This document shows, in pieces, positions 49,729 to 61,027 of a DNA stretch of 64,000 nucleotides; position 1 is the stretch's first letter, and each line of letters starts with the position of its first letter. Location: positions 186,001-250,000 of the forward strand of contig CAVNZM010000008.1 of the NCBI GenBank assembly GCA_963693365.1, in the 5' to 3' direction. A model generated the notes under the pieces. It searched no databases, had not been told where the DNA came from, and saw only the letters and a program-made list of their open reading frames with translations. This DNA comes from Amoebidium appalachense (taxonomy: Eukaryota; Protista; Ichthyosporea). The position numbers were made by a program, and so were the translations under genes.

Positions 49729-51803
49729 CAGGGGTTGAATTACGACCCAAAATCGTCGTATTTACGATTAAGCCCAGGGGGTCAAACCTAGTAACGCGGT
49801 GAGGTGCTGTATTGGTTTTTCGTAGCAGCGAAGTAGGGCACGATAGTGTATTTTGGTGTTTTTTTCCATACAAGAATGGGTGTTTTCCCAGGGAAAAGGT
49901 GGTCAGGTCGTTATTTTGGCCCTCCAGAGTGGAATATGAAGCCCTGTTTTGTCTCTTAGGGTGTGTAATTGCTAAGGGAGTGTAGAATGAACTGAAATGA
50001 GTCGTCAATTTCAGTAATGTAGGGGATCTATACGAGTCGTAAAGGAGACGAACCCCGCCATTACGATTTAGAAATTTTGGCAGTACGATTACGTGTAAGG
50101 TAAAACGGGTAGCGCAGTCAAAACCCCACAACCCCCAGAAATACCCTATATCGCTCATCACCGCGGTATCTCCCAGTTATCACCGGTTATCACCGATGTC
50201 AGAAAATTTCACGCGTTGACAGATCTGTGATATGATCGTAATATCACGGTGATAGCTTCTCGCTAAACCTGCACTCATGTCAGCTGGCGAATCAGGAGCC
50301 GGTGATAGCACACTGATATTACCATTTTGCCATTGGGTCAACAAAACTGTACGCACCAACCTGAAAGTCAATCAGAACATTCTACGTAGACGATTGCAGC
50401 ATTATCACGCAAAAATATTATCAAGTTTATAAAAAAGTTTCATTTGATTGAGAGTTTATCACGAAGAAAATTTGCCCCCCCCTTATTTACGGACAACCAG
50501 AACGGATGATTGGATTTCACTCTTGTTATTGACTAAACATACACTCGACAAATGGCGCAAAGTCAGTGTGGCTACTTTGCCACATCTGCAGCAAAAAACT
50601 TATTGGATTTCGGAGGTTTACAGAAAGTATACAAGGCTTCAAAATTGTCCAGTGCAACTTCGTAGCCGGCCCTAGTACCGCCTTGTTGGTAGGCACAGTT
50701 CATCGTGCCTGCTATCATATGTTTCCGACTTCCTTCACCCAATAGTGCAAACCAGGAGATGGAGGCACATCTTGGAGAAAAGCCCAAGGGGGAGCAGCAC
50801 TCCGAGACGGAGGTGAGTATCTTGTTTTAAATGACATGCATGTACACAGTACGAAGTGTAAAGGCCTTAGGCTGAAGGATATTAATTAACTATACAACTG
50901 TTCCTTAAAAAGAAAAGGAAGACCCATACTCATGTATTTGATAGAGTAAGAACACGTGAATAAATGCAGAAAAACTGTTCCAGAGTTGGTTGTCCAGAGT
51001 TGTGAAATGCTGTGTGCGCACATTTGCGAACCGTCCCATAACTGACACATGTACAGCGATATCACAGCGATATCTCAGCGATATCACCTATTACCAGCGA
51101 TATCACGGTGATTTATTCAATAGGACACACACGCACACACATGCACACACACGCACACGCACGCACACACACACACACGCACACACGCACACGTGTGTAC
51201 TGACGCACACACCGTCACACACACACACGGCATTCAAGTACACAGTGATTTCCCGCCCAGACCTACCTTCCCCATTTTTTTGTCCAAGGGGGCCTTCCGC
51301 TTAGGCTAGCAAAATATTGCAATATCACCGCAATAACACGCAGACCACACGTAGCACAGGTATCACCTGCCCAGCAGAAATAACACTGTGGTATTCAAAT
51401 TACCACCAAAGTAACACGACATGCGAAATAACACGAAGATATTATTGTGGTATCACCGGCAGTACCACGGTGATATCGTTGAGATATTCCCTATGTTTCC
51501 AATGGCGGTATCACCAAGATATCACGAACGAAATTGCCGGAAATATCACTGCGATATCACCGTGTGAATGCATGTGATATCACCGTACTACTCCAGTATA
51601 TCACCATCTATGGGTACAGTCGCCCGCGGGGCATACCGGTGGTGATTTGGTTATATCACCGTACTATCTCCAGTATCATCGGGTCCGGTCTGAATCCCAG
51701 GCGCGGATCCCGCGGTGATATCGGGTGATATTACAGTAATATCACACCGCGGTGATATCACCAATCGCTATTGCGCGATATAGGGTATTTCTCACAACCC
51801 CTG
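49729..51803. mobile_element. Non-autonomous hAT-type DNA transposon (outer element, about 410 bp without its insert)
   Basis: TIR CAGGGGTTG (49729-49737) / CAACCCCTG (51795-51803). Perfect 8-bp TSD TTCCCGGG at 49721-49728 and 51804-51811. Confidence 0.9.
50136..51793. mobile_element. Non-autonomous hAT-type DNA transposon (inner element, 1658 bp)
   Basis: TIR CAGAAATACCCTATATCGC / GCGATATAGGGTATTTCTC (terminal base mismatched). 8-bp TSD ACAACCCC at 50128-50135 and 51794-51801. Many subterminal ATATCAC/GTGATAT motifs; no transposase ORF. Confidence 0.9.
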
Positions 51804-52214
51804 TTCCCGGGGCTATGCTGATTGGTAGAACCAGCATCGCCATATGTAAATAAAGGTGCCGTTAGAGCCAATCAGTATAAGCTTAGAGCGCGGCAGAAAT
51901 ATTTCGCACTGCAAGTGGCTGCATGATTGGGCCGTCGTGCTGCTTCATGTACACATCAGTTATACGAAGTTATTATATGATTATGCCGATGTACATATGC
52001 ATGATCTATTATACTGTGGAACAATACTTTTTTCTGTTGTAAATTTGCTGGTGAGCCAACTGTTATCGTAGGTTACGTGCATGGTGCATTCTCAAGACTG
52101 CATGCGCGCCTTTTTGCCGGCCTCTGATCCTGGCTGTATATAATCATTGGCCAGGCAAAGGCTCTCCAGTTTCACCACTGCGCCACAGCCCTACATACGC
52201 ATCACGCAGATAGA

Positions 52215-53318
52215 ATGAAGACTTTGCCTGTTCTTGCTGCTGCAACGGCTCTAGCTGCCGGGCAGAAAGGCTTCACGGCACTGAATAAAGTGCCTGGGCC
52301 CGTGGCCGATGTGCGCTGCAACTTTGACGAGGCATGCCGGCCCAGCGACTACCTCAGTGTGAAGTTGGCCGGCACGGTAGGCAGTGACGCACACTCTGCG
52401 GCCTGCACGGCAGCATGCGAGGCCAACAGGGCCTGTTTGGCAGCACACGCTAAGGCACGCGGCGGAACCAACTGCGACCTGTACATTGGCAAGACCCTGT
52501 TGACTCCCGGCAAGCCCGCCAGCCAGCTTGTCATCCGCGAGGGCACAAGGGGCACGGATGGGCCGTTCTTTTTCCACACTACGCGCTGCAACAAGCTGTG
52601 CACATCCAGCCGCACCTTCTTCGGCTTCAAGACAGACAATGCCAACGGTGAGATCTACGCCGTGGGCTGCCACGCAAAGGCCCTTGGGGATGGGGAAAGC
52701 TGCACGGCCAACAGCAACCCTGCACTGAGTCTGGACGGCAAGGGCATGAGTGGGTGTGCGGCCGGGCTGCAGTGCACGGCAGCATTTGCAAACGAGTGCG
52801 CAGAGACAGATGCAAAGGTCAGTGGCGACTACGTGCAGATGCTGGGCAGGGCAGCAAAGCCAAGGGGCGGCAAGGCCACGGTGGTGGCCGTGAAGGGCGC
52901 CAGCACGGACAAGTGTGCCTTGGAGTGCACCAAGAACAAGATTTGCCTGGCCTTCCAGGCTACCCCCGTCAACAAGCCCACGGGCTGCCTGCTGTTCACT
53001 GACGTCACGGGCCTAACGGCAAGCTACTCGTCAGGGGTAGACCGCAAGGGTGCGCAGCCCGTCATGCTGCACAGGGCACGTGCCATAGTTAGGTGCACCA
53101 ATGGCATGCCCTTTGTGTTTGACCTGGGCGCCCAGATTGGCCCCGACTTCACCGTCAACGGCATGGCCCTGCCGCGCTGCCTGGACTGGGACGCACCGCT
53201 AGAGCCCGGCTGCATGAATCTTGCGCAGAAGGAGAGGAGTGTGGCAGGGGCAGCAGCATACGTCACAGTTAGCGTCACGGCAACCACACGGGGATGCACC
53301 AAGGTGGTGGATGCATAA
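52215..53318 (+). CDS. Secreted cysteine-rich protein with two PAN/apple-like modules, 367 aa, intronless
   Basis: Signal-peptide-like MKTLPVLAAATALAAG. SAACTAACEANRACLAAH...NCDLY and TDKCALECTKNKICLAFQ...GCLLF fit the C-x3-C-x5-C-x-A-F...C-x-L PAN pattern. GC3-rich codon usage as in host genes. Confidence 0.8.
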   Translation: MKTLPVLAAATALAAGQKGFTALNKVPGPVADVRCNFDEACRPSDYLSVKLAGTVGSDAHSAACTAACEANRACLAAHAKARGGTNCDLYIGKTLLTPGKPASQLVIREGTRGTDGPFFFHTTRCNKLCTSSRTFFGFKTDNANGEIYAVGCHAKALGDGESCTANSNPALSLDGKGMSGCAAGLQCTAAFANECAETDAKVSGDYVQMLGRAAKPRGGKATVVAVKGASTDKCALECTKNKICLAFQATPVNKPTGCLLFTDVTGLTASYSSGVDRKGAQPVMLHRARAIVRCTNGMPFVFDLGAQIGPDFTVNGMALPRCLDWDAPLEPGCMNLAQKERSVAGAAAYVTVSVTATTRGCTKVVDA

Positions 53319-55086
53319 CTAAAGGCCGTGCACCTGGCAGAACGAAATACTAATCTCAGCTTCTCGACCATCTAAGTTACCGGCCAATAGATTCAGTAGA
53401 TATATATGTTTAAAGCTACATAACTGCTCAGGGACGAAAAATTGAAGCCCTGGGCAATGATATCTTCTGCATGTATTTATTTCACTGTTTTTCATGCTGA
53501 TAAACGTAGGCCAGAGCGGCAGAGTAAAGGGTTTTCTCGCGTTGCCACTTGCTTCACCGTGACGCCCACAGTTGTGTTCAATCTTTCGTTTGTGGTTTGC
53601 TCATGGCTTTATGTTAGCTGCCTCGAAAATCACTAGTGGCAAGCTGGTGCAGGCCATCACAAAAATATTTAAACACTGCCAGAATAAATAATGTGTTTAA
53701 TGATATCTCACTCACTCCTTAGTTCTACTTTAGGTGTTTTTGGTCTTTTTTAGAGAGACCTGTGTAAATATGTGTGTTTCTTAGACACTTGGCTATCCGA
53801 TCAGATTGCGTCCGGCTATCCGGGCTCCGATTATGGCCACTATGTAGGGCTCACACCGTTGTTAGCTCCGATTGGCTAGCTACGCACCACCTAGATCCCG
53901 GGCTGGATCTGTTTAGATTCTGGTGAAGTTCCCGAGAGCACCAGGACCACAAAAGAGAGCACAAGTGCACTTGCCTTCGTTATAAGCAGCTACAACATGT
54001 CTGGACAGTAGCTCTGGGCTCGACAGCCATTAAATACGAGTGTGCCGTCATTTGTAGGTCACCCCCGACACTTGTGATGGTCAGTGTGTGTGTGCCGTCA
54101 CACACACTTGAAGCATTCAGCACCTTTGTGGATAAGTTTGATCACCTTAGCTACGGTTAGTGTTAGGTAGCAGTCACTAGCTGCAGACATGAGACAGCGC
54201 GGATAATAAGGGTTTGAGTGACGACTCAATAGTGTGAAGACTTTATTAATAGTCTGGGTGCCAAACCCATGTGCCTTAGTTTAGTGACACGATAGATAGA
54301 GGATAGCTAGCTTACGGTGCCGCCCTTCTAGCTAATAAGTGGAGTGCCGTCTCCAGAGATAGTATAGTGTGAAGCGTTTTCTGACAAACACATTTACCAA
54401 GTCCGTATCTGAGTTACTGATCATCAGAGCGGGTCCTTGCTGGTAGGGCTGTTCTGGTGCAAACTCAGAATACTTCACATTGCCACCACAAGGGCAGGAG
54501 TGGACACACCGAATACTCCATATATGCCTGCTGGTCGTGCTGGCATACGTGCAACAATCTGCCTGAGTAGCGCTCCCACACCGTGCGTACAGATTCTAAG
54601 ATCTCCACCCAGCAGGGCCCTCCTTCCCCACAATATCGCGAACAGTTCAACACCGTGCAACATGACATGCTCAACCATATGTATGCATGGGCATTTTTTT
54701 GCATACCTACCCCTGAGTGTGTCTGGTTATCACCTTTGGGCTACTCATGAATCGTAATAAAAAATAAGGGAGAAAAAACTTTGCGGGGCAATCCCAGAAT
54801 TCCACGTAAGTGATTCGGGGAGGGAAAGCGGGCATCCAGCATAACTCCACTCAATGATTCAGCACAAAATAAATCTAGTCGTCCTTGTAACGGTGAATCA
54901 ACACCGCTGAGTGGAAGAGAAACACTTTTGTGAGTTGAGGTTTTGGTTTTATTTCAGATTGAGTGTTGTCACCCTCTTCACCCAATCTTTTCTCTCTGCT
55001 CCCCTATATAATGTCACATCCCCCTTCGAGATATCGATCTTTTCCTTGAAAGTTCTTTCTTTCTTCTCGTTCTCTTTTTCTCACAA

Positions 55087-55200
<114 letters not shown>

Positions 55201-56241
55201 CCCCCTCTCCCCCGCCCCTCCCCTCCCCCCATCCCCCCTACCCCCCACCCACCCACCCACCCACCCTCTCTCGCTCTAGATCTGAGTCTCTTTATAAGTC
55301 TCTTGAGGGGTGGGCGAACGGGACTGCCTAAATACACGTGTGCGCACACACCTGCCGTAGCACGAGTTCTTGAAAAAAAATTAAGAGAGAGAGACAGGGC
55401 AAAAACAGGCCCTTATAATTATGTGCACATGCACGGCCGAAGGAGGCACACGAAACCCGATGGAATCAAACCATTATTATGTCCCGGGGGGGATGAGAGC
55501 CGGGCGGACAGGAGGTAGATTTGCCCCACGCCCAGGCCGGGGGGGGGGGGGGAGGGGGGGGGGGGTACAAGGGAGGGGGGTGGGGGGGGGGGGGGGGCAA
55601 ATGCAATACCAAATCCCCTGGGGAGGAGGGAAGGTTGACCCCGGGGGGGAAAGAAGGGGGGAGGACTTTAGTGACTCAGGGAGTGAGAGCCCTGTGTGTG
55701 TGTGTGTGTGTGTGGGGTGGGTGGGGGGGGGGGGGGGGGGGGGGGGGGAGGGGGGAAGGGGGGGGAAGGGGAGGGGGGGGAGGAGGGATGGTACGTGAAA
55801 ATGTAGCCACGGTACATGTACATACGGTTTTGGGAGGGAAGAAATTGTTTTTCGATAATTGCCATTTTTTTAATTTTTTTTTTTAACAGAATGAATAATA
55901 TAATGGGCGATACATCATCGGTGACGCTGCTACAGGTGCTCAGTCGTTGCAGGCGCTGCAGCAGGCAGTGAGCACTGTTTGCGTCATGAGCAGCGCGCCA
56001 ATCGCCACATTTAGCAAAAGTCGCAGAGTAGCCATATATGGCTAATCACAGGCCCATCTTGATGTGCAGCCCAATCAGACGCGAACAGCCTGAGCCAGTG
56101 CCGCACCAGGCCATACGTCACAGCCTGCAGCTGACAGGGAGTCTGCAGCTGACACGGCCAGTTCAACAGCGCGGACGTTCGAAGAGGAGGTGGTAGGGAC
56201 TGTTGGGTTTTCGGTGTGCGCGTGCGGCTGTATGAGCGGCT

Positions 56242-57256
56242 ATGGCGTGGCTGGGGGCGTGGCTGTGGGCCGCCACGGAGCTGGCCTGTGCCCTTGCCCT
56301 GTGCGCCCTGCTGCTGTGGGGGCACCACGACACGCATGCACACACACAGGTAAGTGCTTGCTTGTGTGTCTGAGTGCTTTGAGGTTAAGGGATGGTAGTG
56401 GTGTGCGTGTGCGTGTGCGTGTGCGTGTGCGTGTGCGTGTGCGTGTGCGTGTGCGTGTGCGTGTGCGTGTGCGTGTGTGTTCGTTTGTGTGCGCACATGT
56501 GTGTGTGGTGTCTGTGTGTGCGTGTGGGTGTGTGCGTGTGTGCATGTACGCTGTTGTTCGTGCGCGTGTGTGTGCGTGTGCATGCGGGTGCAGGTGCGTG
56601 CTTGTGCGCGGTTGTGCGTGCGTGTGCGCGGCTGTGCGTGCGTGCGTGTGCATTTGCGTGCGCGCACGCGCGCTGGCGCACACGTGTTTGTGTACGCATG
56701 TCTGGCGGGGGGGCGGGGGCGGGGAGTGGGAGGAAGTGGGGTTTAGCAGAGTGAGATGAGAGGGGCGCTCACACAAAAGTTTGTAATGAGAAAGGTACCA
56801 ATGCTTGGTGTGCGTGTGTGTGCTTAAGGCGGCTTGATGGATAGCCTCAAGACAAAAAAGGGATGAACGTCTTCGTGTGTTGCTGTGGCTGTGGCTTTGG
56901 ACACTTGTGTATGCGTTTGTGTGTTGCTGTGCACAATTGTGGCCTATGCGTGCCGGCGCACACTTAGTAGCTGGCAGCAGCATAGGTGCACGCGCAAGGC
57001 ACAGAGCTCCCGTTGTTGTGTCTGTAGCAGCCCCCACCGCATGCATGTGGGTGTTCTCTGGTCTGACAGGTAGTTGAATATGCCTGCATACCTAGAGGCT
57101 CACAGAACGCCTATGCTTGTAAGCCGTTTTCCAATACTTTATTTTTATTTACCCGAGAGCACAGATGCATACGTGCATGCCAACAAGCTTCCTCATACTT
57201 GCTATTTCTCTCTGGGGGCTCCACGTTGTGTGTTCGGGTATGTGTGTGAGGTTTGG

Positions 57257-57297
<41 letters not shown>

Positions 57298-58629
57298 CGT
57301 CGAGTGACAAGGGTTGGTGGTTGCAGGTGTGCAAAGGAGATGAGGTTAGGGTTGGGGAGGAAGTGGGGCCAGTGACGAGGGAGGAGCTGCGGCAGTGGGA
57401 CGGGCAGCAGACCCAAAGAACATGCGTGGGTGGGTGGCCTGTGGCATGCAGCTGTGCACGTGCACATGCTGTATTTGTGTGTGTGTTCTTGTGCTGGCGG
57501 TTGGATGTGTAACCTTGAAAGTCTTGCCATATGGCGAAAACTTGGGAGTTGGAAACATAAAACTGGGTGCTGCATGAAGTGGTCTTGGTTGGGGCCTAGA
57601 TATGTTGATGCTTGATGGTGTAGGCATGGCAAGAAAAGCAAACCTTTGGTAGCCGTGTGCTGTGCATTCTTAGCATGTGGAATGGCCCTGATCGTGTGTG
57701 TGGTGTGAGCATAGAAGGAAACCCATGAGGGACTAGGGTTGGCTTGGGATTCCACAAGCTTTTACCCCCCCCTGTGCTGACCAATGGCCGTGCAGCGCTC
57801 AAGGGTCTAGTCTATGACATATCACACAACACGGGCCTCTTTGCTGATGGTACAGACCACTCCCTCCCCCCCCTCCCCCCTCTTCCCCTCCCCCCCCTCC
57901 CCCCCCCCCCCCCCCTAACCCCTCTTAAATAAAAAGGTGAACACCTATAAACCTTTCACTGATATACATAGAAATCCGTGCTTATTCAAGATACGTGTTA
58001 GTAAATAGTACTACTTCTAATCTAATTACCGCTGTTGTTGTTGTTATCAGCACCACCCTCGCCACCATCACTACTATTTCTAGCATTATGACTCAATAAT
58101 GGGAGAGAGAAGTAATTTAGGAATATAAAGAATGGAACCACAATCGAAGACGTGCATTCTGATATCTGCTACTACAGGGGGGGTTCTTGCCCGGCACCGA
58201 GGCAGCGACATTACGGCCCTGGTGGAGGGGCAGACTGAGGGGAATGGTATGTGTGTGCCTGCGCACGTGCATGTGTTTACGTGTTTGGTGCTTGGTTGAT
58301 TGTTAAAAAGGATTCTCTGAAGGGCATGGTTGCAAAGAAAATTTCTGACTAATCGTCGTTTTGGTGCATGCAGCACAAGTGGAACATTGAGTTTTTGGGA
58401 ATCTAGTTATTGATCCCCCCCCCTCTCCCCTCCCCCCCCCCCCCTCTCCCTCCCCCCCCCCCCCCTCCCCCCTCCCCCCCCCCCCCTCCCCCCTCCCTCC
58501 CCAACCCTCCGATCACAAATCAAGGTAGGGGGGAGGCGGGGGGGGACTTGATTTATGTAGCCGAGGTGCCACGCACACTGCATACTGTGTGGTTGAGGTG
58601 GTGATGGGTGGTGGTGGTTGGGGGGCGCG

Positions 58630-58663
<34 letters not shown>

Positions 58664-59709
58664 TCTTTGTGTGTGCGTCACGGTGTGCGTATGCACGTGC
58701 GGGTGGGTGTGCGTGTGCAAGTGTGTGGGGGGGGGAGGGGGGGGGGGGGGGGGGGAGATGTTGGTGTGCCTGTGTGAAATGAGATATTTGTGGGGGCAGC
58801 AAGGCACTGATGGGTTGCGCAGTTGCCGAGGGCATAGCCGTGCAGTGGGCTGCTGCCTGGCTGCCTGCCAGCGGCCGATTGGTCGGCTCCCTGCTGGCTG
58901 TGTGTGAGCCCTCCAGCTTGCACGCGGCAGACACACAGTGCACCCCCCCACACAACGAGCAGCCACAGAGCACACAGCCACACCAAGAGGTGGGGGTGGA
59001 GGCAGCAGCACACAGAGGGGTGGTGGAGGAGGGAAGCAACAGCTCTGCCGATTCACCCCTGGTTGTGTCATCCCCGTCACGACCACACACGTAAGCTACA
59101 CCCCTGCTCCCCCACGGGGCCCCTCTCCCCCTTCCTTGCATCCTTCTTTTTCTCTCTTCGGCCCTCCTCCCACCCCCTCTGCAGCAGGTGTAAGGGCTAA
59201 AGAGAGAGGTGGAAGAGCAACTGTGCCTGCATGCCACCTTCCACACTGCCCTTTGATTGCTTCAGCACACGGCTTTAGATGTGAGTGGGTGGCTTAAGGG
59301 TCTGTGGTGTTTAGACATAACCTTACACCACAGCGCGCCATGCATGCACACACACACCAACACACACGAATACGTGCCTAAACACACACCATTCACCATA
59401 CGTCGACAAACACACACTACACACTCGTATCCACCCGCCCACACATGCCTACAACCATATTCTACCACATCCACTCGGTTCTTTACCATGTACCTATGTC
59501 GTTCCTTACCATGTACCTATGTTCCCATACACACCGTGACACGCACACACACACGGACCCACACACACACGCACACACGGATATACACACGGACACGGGC
59601 ACACATACACGCACACACACACACACACACACACACGTGCAGGCCGGTGAGTGACGGGGACCAGGACGAATGGGAGCTTGTGGACCTGCCGGGCAGGGCC
59701 AAATTATGA
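56242..59709 (+). CDS. Divergent MAPR-family (cytochrome b5-like heme/steroid-binding) protein, 222 aa, 6 exons, N-terminal hydrophobic anchor, C-terminus DQDEWELVDLPGRAKL
   Basis: Exons 56242-56349, 57327-57429, 57796-57849, 58178-58246, 58823-59090, 59643-59709 join in phase (669 nt). VTREELRQWDGQ...CVALKGLVYDIS...FADGGVLARHRGSDIT...W...LVGSLL follows the MAPR pattern T..EL..YDG...A.KG.V.DV...F..GG.Y...AG.D.T...W...VG.L. Confidence 0.85.
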
Positions 59710-61027
59710 ACGGCCAACGTGTGTACAGCCGTGTGGAAGAATGTTCTATGTGCGAATGTATGTGCCGTGCAGGCAGGTGATGTGCTGATGATTGGTGCTG
59801 CATGAGCAGTGCGGGGTTTACATGTCATTCCTCCCTCATATTCTTAGGCCACATGCATGTGTCCGGGCCATTGGAGCTTTGGCCCTACACAATGACTGCG
59901 CAGCAACATAACTCTGCTTTTGGTATGTCATGTGCTCAATTGAGATGTAGGGTATTTTGATGTTTGACCGTTAATCACAGTAGTATGTGGGCTCTGGGCT
60001 TTAATCGTGAGATTCAAAGCGAAGGAAATTAGCAAAATTTAGATAAGAGAGTCCATTGATGTATCCCACGCTCTCATATCTGCGTACAGCACTGCGACTG
60101 TGGTGATTGGCTGGCTTGTAATATTAAAAAAGGTTTCTGAATCAGATGGTATTGTGGGGTCTCATCATGCAAATTCATGGCAATGGGTTTGCCAATGTGC
60201 ATGGTTGTATTGTTGGCTTTTTGCATTAGATGTACATTATTAGTAGACATACAACCACTCTTGTCAATGTGGCCCCGTGGGCCCGCAAAGGCATGCACCA
60301 ATACCCGTTGATAAAATATTAACTCAAGACCTCGGAACTTCCGAGCCCCATGCATGTAGTATGGAGGCTCTTTTCAAAACCGACCACGCGTGCATCCCCC
60401 CCCCCCCCCTCCCCCCCCCCCCCCCCCCCCCTCCCCCCCCCCCTCCCCCCCCCCCCCCCCCCCCCCCCCCCCCTTCTCCAGCTCCCAATTTTAGCAGCTC
60501 CCGGACTCTTTCATCAAATCTCTCCTCGTCCAGCCAGCATCAGCTGTCAGCCCTCTCAGACCTTTGCCTCATTTTCGGAATACCTGTTGAGTTTCTCCAA
60601 TGTATGCATCCGGATCCGGATCCATCACACCATGCTCGTCACGTACACGCAGTCATAAAAATTCATGACTATGTGTTAACACGGTGTACACGTGTCCCAC
60701 AGGCATACTGCAGGCCATGGTGCTGACGTACACACAGGATGCCACGTGCATGTGCATCAACGTTCATCAATCAGTGCCCACACGTGCACTGTACACACAA
60801 GATTCTATTGATAATATTTGAAGTGCAAAAAAAAAAAAAAAAAGTAAAAGAAAAGAAAAGGAAAGAAAAGAAAAGGAAAACAACACATCGATATCCTCTC
60901 CCCCCCCTCCCCCCCTCCCCCCTCCCCCCCCCCCCCCCCCCTCCCCTCTACATAATGAATATCATCATACATCGGATTCCGATGACATAGACCACACCAT
61001 ACGTACGTACGCGTACGTGCAAAGGTG

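Noticed and set aside
54075-54425. Solo-LTR-like segment with TGATGGTCAG / CTGATCATCA ends
   Set aside because: No TSD, no partner LTR and no clean PBS; plausible but unsupported.
56051-56190. In-frame TGA in a coding-looking frame, suggesting selenocysteine or readthrough
   Set aside because: No redox motif or identifiable SECIS, and the frame does not join the downstream MAPR exons.
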